Source of the DNA: an uncultured Nitrospiraceae bacterium
Lineage (GTDB): Bacteria > Nitrospirota > Nitrospiria > Nitrospirales > UBA2166
Length of the DNA stretch: 64,000 nucleotides
Reading direction: 5' to 3'
NCBI GenBank assembly: GCA_964463965.1
Contig: CAYXED010000004.1
Span: forward strand, 124,758 to 188,757
In this document: positions 19,230 through 27,820 of the stretch, in pieces
Numbering within the stretch: position 1 is the stretch's first letter
Layout of the letters: the number at the start of each line of letters is the position of its first letter
The notes under the pieces: model-generated
Told to the model about the DNA's origin: nothing
The model's database searches: none
The model's input: the letters and a program-made list of their open reading frames with translations, nothing else
Program-made: the position numbers and the translations under genes

Positions 19230-20000
19230 ATGAAACATATTAGCGTGGTTGCGGGTAAAGAGCTCCGCAGTTATTTCATGTCGCCGGTGGCGTATGTAGT
19301 CATTGCGATGTTTTTGCTCATTGTGGGGGTGTTAACGTACCTCGCGGCCGTGCAGGCAAGTACGGTTGCTATGCAGCAAATGCAAGTCAAAGGAGTCATC
19401 CCAGAATTACATGTGAATGAGTTAGTTTTTAGGCCAGTTTTTGGAAATCTTGCCATTATTCTGTTGTTGCTGTTGCCGATGCTGACGATGAGATTGTTTG
19501 CAGAAGAGCGAAAAATGCGCACTCTTGAATTATTAATGACCTCACCAATCACGGTTACTGAAATGGTTCTTGGAAAATACTTTGCGGCGACAATAATTTT
19601 TGGGGGAATGGTGTGTTTAACTACCTTGACTCCTCTTCTGCTTTCTTTTTTTACAAACATTGAATGGTTGCCATTATTTGCAGCATATTTGGGGTTGTTT
19701 CTGATGGGGGCGCTGTTTCTTTCTGTAGGACTATTTGCATCCGCTCTTACGGAAAATCAAATTATTGCTGTGTTTGTCTCTTTTGGGATCCTGTTGCTGT
19801 TTTGGATGGTGGGATGGGGCGCTGAGGCACTGCAAGGGCAGCCGGTTGGGGAACTATTGCGTTATCTCTCCATCGTTGATCACTTTGATCCCTTTGTGGA
19901 AGGGCTCATTGATACCAGAGATGTTGTGTATTATGTGACCAGTATTGTCTTTTGGGTTTTTTTGACTCACCGTGTTATCGAGTCACAACGGTGGCGATAA
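19230..20000 (+). CDS. ABC-2 type permease (GldF-like)
   Basis: KELRSYF.SP.AY, LTMRLFAEERK..TLELL.T.P, GKY, GLIDTRDVVYY. Confidence 0.88.
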   Translation: MKHISVVAGKELRSYFMSPVAYVVIAMFLLIVGVLTYLAAVQASTVAMQQMQVKGVIPELHVNELVFRPVFGNLAIILLLLLPMLTMRLFAEERKMRTLELLMTSPITVTEMVLGKYFAATIIFGGMVCLTTLTPLLLSFFTNIEWLPLFAAYLGLFLMGALFLSVGLFASALTENQIIAVFVSFGILLLFWMVGWGAEALQGQPVGELLRYLSIVDHFDPFVEGLIDTRDVVYYVTSIVFWVFLTHRVIESQRWR

Positions 20001-20006
20001 GAGATC

Positions 20007-21575
20007 ATGTCCAGGTATATGGTTATAGGGCTTGGAGGTGTTGGTGCTACCTTGGCACTCACAGGTATTGTGCTTAAGGATCTTGCCCTTATTCCTGATT
20101 GGGCTGTAACGGGTGTTGCTTCAATCGCTTTAGCGTGTTTGATTGCTTTTTTTGTTTTGCATTTCGAAACGGTCAAGACATTTTCAAGTAAACGTTCAAC
20201 CCGCCTAGGATTTAACAGCATTCTGATGGTTCTACTGTTTTTAGGAATACTTGAATTCATAAACTTCGTGAATGCTAGTCATCCTCTCAGAGTTGACCTT
20301 TCTGAAAATAGAAAATTTACCATTGCTCCTCAAACTCGCAATGTGTTGGATAATTTGGTTAAACCAATTACCGTAACCGTTTTCTCAAGAGAGGGAAGCA
20401 AGGGAGAAGGGCAGTATCGGGACATTCTTGATACTTATCAATATCGCACAGATCATATCCAATATACTATTTCAGATCCTGACAAAAAACCTGCGCTCGC
20501 AAGGCAATATGGAATTACGAAGTTTGATACCGCTATCCTTGAAACCGAAGGAAGAATGGCAGAGGTGTTCTCCCCCAGTGAACAAGAATTGACGAATGCG
20601 GTTATTCGTATAACACGTCTCGAAAAAACGACTGTCTATTTTTTGAGTGGGCATGGCGAACCAGAGTTAGATGATACTGGGAAACAGGGGTACTCAATGC
20701 TCCAGGCGGCTATAGAAAAACAAGGGTATGATGTCTCCACAGTATCATTTGTCCAGAAGCCTGATCCTTCCAAGGGCGTATCGGTTTTGGTGATTGCAGG
20801 GCCTAGGAGATTGCTTACAAGGGACGAATTGGCTCAAATAAAACAGTACATACTACAACGGGGTCGGTTGTTATTATTGCTTGACCCGGTTCTGAGTGCT
20901 GATACGTATACGGGTCTCGAACCACTTCTTGAAATTCGTGGAATCAGCGTGGGCGATGGCGTCATTATGGATCCGGATTCACGTTTGTCAGGGGCCGAGA
21001 TTACGATACCTCTTGTAACATCTTACCTAGAGCATGTGATTACAGACCAATTTAATTTAGCCACGTTTTTTCCAATTGCACGTGCCTTAACGGTTGATAA
21101 GGGAAAAAGTACCAGAGGACTGAGTGATTGGGATATTGTTCCTATTGCGCAGACTAATGAGTCAAGTTGGGAAGAACGTGACTTTGAATCAGCTGATACT
21201 AAATTTGATGTTAAGAATGACGTTAAAGGACCTCTTGCCGTAGCAGTAGCTGTGGCGCCGAAGAAAATTTTTGGGCATGGTGGCGCTGAAGTTGATGTGA
21301 AAAGGCCTCCCTCTATGGTTGTTATTGGAGATTCAGATTTTGTTACTAACGCATATGTTAATTTTTCTGGTAATCGAGATTTTTTTCTTAACTCCCTTCA
21401 TTGGTTGGCTGAAGAACGTGATTTAATATCTATTTCTGCAAAAGTGCAAGACTTTGAACCAATGGTTTTAACGAGAAATGAAGCTCAAATACTATTGTAT
21501 ATTCAGGTACTTATTGTACCTGGGATTGTTTTTGGATTTGGTATTTACGTATGGCAAAGACGTCGACGCCTATAA
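20007..21575 (+). CDS. GldG-like ABC auxiliary protein
   Basis: RVDLSENRKFT, EQELTNA, VYFLSGHGE, VIGDSDF, NRDFFLNSLHWL, C-terminal TM + RRRR. Confidence 0.85.
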   Translation: MSRYMVIGLGGVGATLALTGIVLKDLALIPDWAVTGVASIALACLIAFFVLHFETVKTFSSKRSTRLGFNSILMVLLFLGILEFINFVNASHPLRVDLSENRKFTIAPQTRNVLDNLVKPITVTVFSREGSKGEGQYRDILDTYQYRTDHIQYTISDPDKKPALARQYGITKFDTAILETEGRMAEVFSPSEQELTNAVIRITRLEKTTVYFLSGHGEPELDDTGKQGYSMLQAAIEKQGYDVSTVSFVQKPDPSKGVSVLVIAGPRRLLTRDELAQIKQYILQRGRLLLLLDPVLSADTYTGLEPLLEIRGISVGDGVIMDPDSRLSGAEITIPLVTSYLEHVITDQFNLATFFPIARALTVDKGKSTRGLSDWDIVPIAQTNESSWEERDFESADTKFDVKNDVKGPLAVAVAVAPKKIFGHGGAEVDVKRPPSMVVIGDSDFVTNAYVNFSGNRDFFLNSLHWLAEERDLISISAKVQDFEPMVLTRNEAQILLYIQVLIVPGIVFGFGIYVWQRRRRL

Positions 21576-21754
21576 GAGGTGTTAGGAAAATATAACTCTG
21601 TAATTTTCTAGTGCAGATTAAGTATCTGGTATATTCGTTTGATCGTGTGTGCTGCTTGCGTGATTGTTCTTAGTTCTATCCTTCAGAACGTAACCATGAA
21701 ATCAAGTTCGAAATCCGATATGGCAGTCCGCAGAATGATTGCTAGGATCACTTG

Positions 21755-23107
21755 ATGAAATCCTATGCCACTACTCTTGTACTCGGAGGACTGCTTGTCC
21801 TTTGTCTGTTGTACTTGTACGTGGTGGAATGGCCACAAGCTCAACGTAAAGCTCAAGAAGAAAAGCAAGCCAAACAACTGATTAGTTTTCAGAGTGACGA
21901 TGTTCGAGAGATGATACTTGAATATCGTGACAAAGACCGTATTGTGCTCAGCAAGAATACAGATAGAGAGTGGCAATTAGTTCAACCGTTACAGTATCGG
22001 GCTGACGATGCCGAAGCAGAGGATGTGATTAGAGACTTGGTAGTTGCAAATGTGACACGGGTTATTCGTGATCCAGAAAATAATCTGGGTGACTATGGAT
22101 TGGCACCACCTAAGCTTACCTTATCGTTCAAACTTGAGAATGGTACCGAAAGATTTTTCATTGGGGAAAAGGGGCCAGTATCATCACAGCTCTACTTTAA
22201 ACGAGGCGGCGAGCCTGACGTTTATTTGACCAATTTACCGGATAGAGACATCTTGTCAAAAACTCCAGTTGTGCTAAGACGAAAAGAGCTCTTTGATGTT
22301 AACCGAGACACTATTGACCGTATTGCACTTGAGTGGAATAGCAAAAAGTTTTCCCTTTTTAAAGCACAGCAAACTTGGTTTCTTGAAGAGCCTCTTCAAG
22401 CTTTTGCAGATCAATCTGTGATTGGAATGCTCCTTTTTCAAATAGAAAACCTTCGAGCAGTAGATTTTGTTGATGGGTTGGAGAAACAAGAAAAAATGCT
22501 TGAGCAGTTTAGTGGGACGCATCACGTAATTCATTTCCAAGTTCAAGGAGATCCATACTCAATGACATTTTTTCCAGGTGTGGCGAGGACGGGGTTTGTA
22601 TACGTCCTCACTTCCGAAGATTCTCCTGGTTTTATTATTCCACGTGCAAACTTTGAAAGCATTCCAAGTAATTTATTTCAATTGAGAGATAAGTATCTTA
22701 CACGTGTTGATCGTTCGCGTGTAACAGAGCTTGAAATTTTGACATCAGGAGCAAAGGTTAAGTTGCCATTGGAGTCTGCAGGTGACCCTCTGCCACATTC
22801 TGTCAGGGAATTTATGCGTAGAGTATTGGATGTAAAAGCAGAAATTTTTGTCCGTGAGACTGGCGTGGCGGACGATTTTTCTACGCTTGACTTTGATGTT
22901 CCAGCTCTTGAGGTTAAATTGTTAGGACAAAGCAAAAATGTCTTAGGGTATCTGACGGTGAGTGAAATTGTTTCTTCTGGAGACGATGATAAAGTAGGCT
23001 CAGCTTACGCAAAAGGCTCTTCGCTACCTGGAGTTTATGGCATTAGATCGAGCATACTGATAAATATTCCAACAAAACAATCCGTTCGCTCTGAAATAAC
23101 TCCGTGA
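21755..23107 (+). CDS. DUF4340-domain membrane-anchored protein
   Basis: N-terminal TM, WQLVQP...AD, DYGLAPP motifs; position after GldG-like gene. Confidence 0.75.
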   Translation: MKSYATTLVLGGLLVLCLLYLYVVEWPQAQRKAQEEKQAKQLISFQSDDVREMILEYRDKDRIVLSKNTDREWQLVQPLQYRADDAEAEDVIRDLVVANVTRVIRDPENNLGDYGLAPPKLTLSFKLENGTERFFIGEKGPVSSQLYFKRGGEPDVYLTNLPDRDILSKTPVVLRRKELFDVNRDTIDRIALEWNSKKFSLFKAQQTWFLEEPLQAFADQSVIGMLLFQIENLRAVDFVDGLEKQEKMLEQFSGTHHVIHFQVQGDPYSMTFFPGVARTGFVYVLTSEDSPGFIIPRANFESIPSNLFQLRDKYLTRVDRSRVTELEILTSGAKVKLPLESAGDPLPHSVREFMRRVLDVKAEIFVRETGVADDFSTLDFDVPALEVKLLGQSKNVLGYLTVSEIVSSGDDDKVGSAYAKGSSLPGVYGIRSSILINIPTKQSVRSEITP

Positions 23108-23137
23108 TAGGGCGTTTATTGTATAGGGTACACGGTT

Positions 23138-23917
23138 ATGCAAGAGAGTGATTCGACGTTCAGTGATGATCTAATTGTTGGTGTCCATTCTCTTAGAGAG
23201 GCATTGCGAAGTGTCAACATCCGTTTGGATCAGGTGCTCATTCGAGCAGGGATTCGTAATAGACAACAAGATGAAATATTTCGTTTAGCAAAACGTGCTC
23301 GCTTGCCTATTAAGTTAGTGCCAAGTGAAGCCTTGGATCGTTTAGCACAATCTACGAAACATCAAGGTGTTCTGGGATGTGTCTCAAGAAAAAGCTATGT
23401 GCCGCTGGATGTGCTTGTTGACAAAGTCAAGGAGTCGTGTGCTCCTGGCCTTTTTCTCGTTTTGGATGGCATTGAAGATCCAAGGAATATGGGTGCGATT
23501 ATTAGAACGGCCGAAGGAGCTGGTGTTGACGGGCTAATTGTTCCTGATAGGCATACTGTCGGCATGACAAGTGTTGTAGCGAGAGCCTCTGCTGGAGCGC
23601 TTGAACATATAGATGTCTCAAGGGTTGTCAATCTTTCTCACAGTATTGAGCAACTTAAGTCATCTGGTCTGTGGGTGTATGGATTAGATCCCAATGCATC
23701 TAAGAGTTATCTCGATTTAAGCTATCGTGGTCCAACTGTAATTGTTATTGGGGGTGAGGGGCGTGGTATTCGACCTGGGCTTCTCAAACATTGCGATGAC
23801 CATATTGCAATTCCAATGCAGGGGAAAGTTGCTTCCTTGAATGTGTCTGTTGCTACCTCGGTTCTGTTGTACGAAGTGGTTCGTCAGCGACGAATGAAGA
23901 TAACGGAAAATAACTAG
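23138..23917 (+). CDS. rlmB: 23S rRNA (Gm2251) methyltransferase RlmB
   Basis: HQGV, LDGIEDPRNMGAIIRTA, GGEGRG, SLNVSVA. Confidence 0.92.
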   Translation: MQESDSTFSDDLIVGVHSLREALRSVNIRLDQVLIRAGIRNRQQDEIFRLAKRARLPIKLVPSEALDRLAQSTKHQGVLGCVSRKSYVPLDVLVDKVKESCAPGLFLVLDGIEDPRNMGAIIRTAEGAGVDGLIVPDRHTVGMTSVVARASAGALEHIDVSRVVNLSHSIEQLKSSGLWVYGLDPNASKSYLDLSYRGPTVIVIGGEGRGIRPGLLKHCDDHIAIPMQGKVASLNVSVATSVLLYEVVRQRRMKITENN

Positions 23918-23941
23918 TTCAATAAGACAAGGTGTAGTGGA

Positions 23942-24733
23942 ATGGCGCTTGGTACTTTAGTTGCAATATCTTTCCTTGGTTTGGTCGTAGGAAGCTTTCT
24001 AAATGTATGTATTCATCGTCTCCCTCGAGAGATATCCATAGTTTTTCCTGGTTCTCGTTGTACAAGTTGTTCTACTCCGCTTCAAGTGTTAGACAACGTT
24101 CCTTTATTTAGTTTTATTAGATTGCGCGGGAGATGTCGTTATTGTGGTGAGAGCATTTCTTGGCGCTATCCTCTTGTTGAGGTCCTCAACAGTATTTTCT
24201 ACATGTTTGCTGTGCTTAGATTTGGGGTGGAGTATATTACTGTTGTCTATGCAATTTTATTTTCTGCGTTAATTGTTATTACGTTCATTGACCTTGAACA
24301 TCAAATTATCCCAAACGAAATTACTTTACCGGGGATACTTGTTGGGTTTATTGCGGCAATTACTGTGCTACCCATAACTTGGTGGAATTCGATGTTAGGT
24401 TTGTTGATTGGAGGTGGAGTGCTGTTTTGTGTTGTGTGGATCAGTCCTTATGTTTTTGGGCGTGAAGGGATGGGAATGGGTGACGCCAAAATGTTGGGCA
24501 TGTTGGGCGCTTTTCTTGGATGGAAAGCCACATTGCTTACCTTGCTTTTGGCATCATTTTTTGGAGCATTCATCGGGATTGCATTGATAGCAAAAGATTT
24601 TATTAAGCGCCATCAACCAATGCCGTTTGGACCATTTCTCGCTCTTGGGGCGGTGCTAACGATATTTTTTGGAGAGGAATTTATCGAGTGGTATAGCACA
24701 TTATTCTATTTAGCAGACCCGCGATTCAAGTAA
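23942..24733 (+). CDS. pilD: Prepilin peptidase PilD (A24)
   Basis: GSFLNVCIHRLP, SRCTSC, GRCRYC, IDLEH, GMGMGDAK, PFGPFLA. Confidence 0.95.
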   Translation: MALGTLVAISFLGLVVGSFLNVCIHRLPREISIVFPGSRCTSCSTPLQVLDNVPLFSFIRLRGRCRYCGESISWRYPLVEVLNSIFYMFAVLRFGVEYITVVYAILFSALIVITFIDLEHQIIPNEITLPGILVGFIAAITVLPITWWNSMLGLLIGGGVLFCVVWISPYVFGREGMGMGDAKMLGMLGAFLGWKATLLTLLLASFFGAFIGIALIAKDFIKRHQPMPFGPFLALGAVLTIFFGEEFIEWYSTLFYLADPRFK

Positions 24734-24784
24734 ACCTCTTTAAGGCCGTTCTTCTTCTAACCGGAAAGGCATTGGTTCAGAATT

Positions 24785-24985
24785 TTATATCAATGGGTGT
24801 CCTAGTGCGGTAAGTTTTTCTGAGAGTTGTTCTCGTGAAAGTTTCTGCCCTTCAACCGTTACTTCCCCAGTCGCGATGTCCACTTCAACTTTGACCACTC
24901 CTGGATGTTTTAAGAGACCGTCCTCTATATTTGATGCACATCCATCGCATTTGACGTTCTGTACGGTAAATGATTCCAGTGGCAT
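24785..24985 (-). CDS. Heavy-metal-associated (CopZ-like) chaperone
   Basis: 66 aa, VKCDGCASNI CxxC motif, HMA-like pattern; RBS GGAGG. Confidence 0.85.
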   Translation of the reverse strand: MPLESFTVQNVKCDGCASNIEDGLLKHPGVVKVEVDIATGEVTVEGQKLSREQLSEKLTALGHPLI

Positions 24986-25024
24986 GTATGCTCCTCCATC
25001 TCACATTGCTACGTTTATCAAAAT

Positions 25025-25052
25025 ACTACTACCTCGATGAGCTGGTAGTAGT
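25025..25052. promoter_or_regulatory. Inverted repeat upstream of the copZ-like gene, candidate operator
   Basis: ACTACTACC-N10-GGTAGTAGT, 40 bp upstream of the start, between divergent genes. Confidence 0.45.
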
Positions 25053-25198
25053 TACGAATCTTCGTTATATTATCGTTATGAGTGAATGGTGACAATTTTC
25101 TGCCTTATTCTCCGGCGTGATTTCTTGATTTGCGCCTTTCCTGCATGCTAGCATCCTGGTACTTTCTCCCTGTTTTTGCGACCTTGCCTAAAATTTGG

Positions 25199-25272
25199 TG
25201 GGGGATCGTCTAATGGCAGGACGGCAGACTCTGACTCTGTCTATCAAGGTTCGAATCCTTGTCCCCCAGCCA
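25199..25272 (+). tRNA. tRNA-Gln (anticodon CTG)
   Basis: Acceptor TGGGGGA/TCCCCCA, anticodon arm GCAGA-CTCTGAC-TCTGT, T-loop GTTCGAATC, encoded CCA. Confidence 0.97.
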
Positions 25273-25292
25273 TAATCCACAGCTTATGCTCA

Positions 25293-25342
25293 GATTCTTG
25301 GTCAGTGGAGAATTGGAATGTTTTCTCCCACTGATCAGAATC
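25293..25342 (+). terminator. Long imperfect hairpin after the tRNA
   Basis: GATTCTTGGTCAGTGGAGAA / TTCTCCCACTGATCAGAATC; no clear U-tract. Confidence 0.45.
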
Positions 25343-25747
25343 GTGATAGGTATTGAATCTGTCACTTGACTGTGAATGTAATACAGAAGTGCTAAAAATT
25401 TTAATATAAGCTTAAAAAATAAATATTATTTATATCAATTGTTAAGTTGGGTGAGTGAGATTCCTCACATCGTTAGGCTGTATAGGAGGTCTAATATCCC
25501 TCGGGAACAGAGAAATTGCCTATCTATGGGTCTCGTGCTGACCTTGGCGGTTATCAAATCTGGGTATAATTTTTGTGGACAACATGTTTTGTAGCAAGGT
25601 GTTGCATGTGTGGGCATGCGTACGTTGAGTTCTGCGACGTATCTGGTACGATAGGTTTAGGCGTATATGGTATAAGTGGCTGGATTGACACTTTTTCTTG
25701 ACAAGGACCCTGATGTAGTGTACAGAAGGGAAGAATCCGACAAAATA

Positions 25748-25777
25748 TTGACGCATTAAGTCTCCCAATGATATAAT
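25748..25777 (+). promoter_or_regulatory. Strong sigma70 promoter for collagen-like lipoprotein 1
   Basis: TTGACG-N18-TATAAT with extended -10 TG (25769-25770). Confidence 0.65.
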
Positions 25778-25921
25778 CTATTACTTTAATTTTAACCCCT
25801 AATTGCATGTTTTGAATACGAAAGATTGGAGTTAAAGATTGAAAGATAGGCAATTTAAAATTACCATTGTAGCGGACCTCTGGTTTTTTAGAGGTTCTCT
25901 AAAGTTGAAGGAGGATTTATC

Positions 25922-27688
25922 GTGATAGCACAAAATAGCGTTATGTGCAGACTTTTACTCTCCGCTGCCGTATTGAGCTTTTTATTGGTGGCGGGTTGTA
26001 TTGAGGGTGAGCAAGGCCCAGCAGGCCCAGCAGGAGCCACAGGAGCCACAGGAGCTACTGGCGTTGGGCTTCCAGGCCCAGCAGGATCCCCTGGAACACC
26101 AGGAATTCAGGGCCCAGCAGGCGCTGCGGGCGCTGCGGGCAGCACAGGCGCTGCGGCACCGCTTGCAGCGGGTACAGCGGCAATCTCAGGAAAGCTTATG
26201 AAGGGGCCGATCTCAGGGGCAACGGTAACTGTAAAGGGTTCTGGAGCTGGTTGTACAACTCTCGCGAGTACTCAAAGTGGGGCCCCGCTCACATGTAATA
26301 TTGCTGTAGGAAACCTTGCGTCGACTGCGGTGAGTTTGGCAGATGGTACTTACACCGCTACCATCAATTCCTCGTACACTGGTCCTATCATTGTTGAGGC
26401 GGTTGGTGGAACATATGTTAACGAAGTTGATGGTACTACTGAGACTGGGCCGGGGGCCACAACCCCGTTGCGTGCAGTGGTTGCCACTGCTCCTACGGTG
26501 GGAACGACCGCTACAGTGAATCTTACACCGTTGACCACTATGGCGGCAGGCAGAATTTTCTCCCAGACCGGTGTCTTGGCTATTCCAGCTACCACTATCA
26601 CGTCTGCGACCACTCTGGTGCAGAGCATGTACGGTATTACTAATATTAATGCAGAACCGATTGACGTGAATGCAGCTCTTCCGGCTGGCTCAACTGTGCA
26701 GACGCAGCAGTATGGGCTTCTTACCGCAGCGTTTTCTCAACAGGCTGCCACGTTAGCGATTGCAAACCCGCTTGATTTCCTGAATGCCGTTGTGAATGAC
26801 TTTAATGACGGTGTCCTGGATGGAAAAGTTGCGGCGTCAACAGCCATTATCCCGCTAGGAGCGACGGCGGCTTTATTGTCCACTGCAGCAGCAAATGATC
26901 TCTCGACAGCTATGACCAATTTCACAGTGGCCAGTGCAGCGAGAAATCTTGCTGGCGTGGCCGTGGATACAACTGTAGCAGCCACAGTAAATGCTGCGGA
27001 TGAGACTTCGATAGCAAACAGTAAGTTGACCTTTACAACGGTTGCCAATGGAATCACCTTGACAGATGCCGTCAATAGTCGTGCACAGTTGATCAGCACT
27101 GTCACCGGTACGACAGCCAACGCAGCAGCGGTTGCTACTATGACGGCAGCTAGTGTCAAAGTCGTTGTTCCGTTTGCCGTTGTTGAGGGTTCGGTTGCGA
27201 CGACAGTTCCGTTTAGCGTGACGATTTGTCCGACTGCAGCGCTCAATTCTGTGACGTGTAGTACGACTGATAAGCGTAAAATGACGGTGACGTTGAGTAA
27301 ATTGACGCTTACCCCATCAGGTAATTCGGTGATTGCATCGATTCCAACTGATTCGACTGTAAACTACTCGGGAGCTACAGATACCAATGGAACGGCGGTG
27401 GCAGCGCTTGCGACAGCACTCGTTCCTACGACGATTTTCACGACGTCGACCACATTGCCAAATCAACTGACCTTTGATCCTAATGCGCTCAAAACGCAAT
27501 TGGCTGCAACGTCTGTGGCTGCGTTTGACGCCGTGGTCACAACCGGAAACTGGACCTACTCGGTTGCGCCGGGAGTAACGACGTATTATAGGACTCCAGG
27601 TGTGGCGCTAACTTGCACAGCAGCGGATGTTACTGCTGCAGCTTGTAAGCAGACTACGCTTATTCAAGGACCTGTAAACACGAGTTAA
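25922..27688 (+). CDS. Collagen-like surface lipoprotein 1 (Ala/Thr-rich)
   Basis: RBS GGAGG; lipobox LVAG|C; 16 Gly-X-Y triplets with one break; SGK..KGPI domain; no known family recognised for the remainder. Confidence 0.85.
   Translation: MIAQNSVMCRLLLSAAVLSFLLVAGCIEGEQGPAGPAGATGATGATGVGLPGPAGSPGTPGIQGPAGAAGAAGSTGAAAPLAAGTAAISGKLMKGPISGATVTVKGSGAGCTTLASTQSGAPLTCNIAVGNLASTAVSLADGTYTATINSSYTGPIIVEAVGGTYVNEVDGTTETGPGATTPLRAVVATAPTVGTTATVNLTPLTTMAAGRIFSQTGVLAIPATTITSATTLVQSMYGITNINAEPIDVNAALPAGSTVQTQQYGLLTAAFSQQAATLAIANPLDFLNAVVNDFNDGVLDGKVAASTAIIPLGATAALLSTAAANDLSTAMTNFTVASAARNLAGVAVDTTVAATVNAADETSIANSKLTFTTVANGITLTDAVNSRAQLISTVTGTTANAAAVATMTAASVKVVVPFAVVEGSVATTVPFSVTICPTAALNSVTCSTTDKRKMTVTLSKLTLTPSGNSVIASIPTDSTVNYSGATDTNGTAVAALATALVPTTIFTTSTTLPNQLTFDPNALKTQLAATSVAAFDAVVTTGNWTYSVAPGVTTYYRTPGVALTCTAADVTAAACKQTTLIQGPVNTS
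26006..26155 (+). repeat. Collagen Gly-X-Y coding repeat
   Basis: 9-bp period units such as GGCCCAGCA and GGAGCCACA. Confidence 0.9.
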
Positions 27689-27734
27689 TATAAGGTTCTA
27701 TTGACAGCCCGGGTATTGGGCGAGACTTATCAAT

Positions 27735-27775
27735 CGAGGGGCTCACTCTTTTATGGAGTGAGCCCCTCGTTGTTT
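27735..27775 (+). terminator. Intrinsic terminator
   Basis: Perfect 14-bp stem CGAGGGGCTCACTC/GAGTGAGCCCCTCG, loop TTTTATG, then TTGTTT. Confidence 0.85.
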
Positions 27776-27820
27776 ATCACCAGTTGACAGACAGAATAGA
27801 GTTGCGTATGAGAAGTCGTT

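Noticed and set aside
21639-21755. 38-aa ORF ending in a TGATG overlap with the DUF4340 gene
   Set aside because: TTG start with no RBS and no recognisable features.
25273-25582. DnaA-box-like 9-mers (TAATCCACA 25273, TGTGGACAA 25574; also TTATCCACG 48706) suggesting oriC
   Set aside because: Single-mismatch, scattered, no cluster or unwinding element; no dnaA/dnaN in the window.
25520-25853. Two overlapping ORFs upstream of collagen gene 1
   Set aside because: They overlap multiple promoter-like elements and have no protein-like features.
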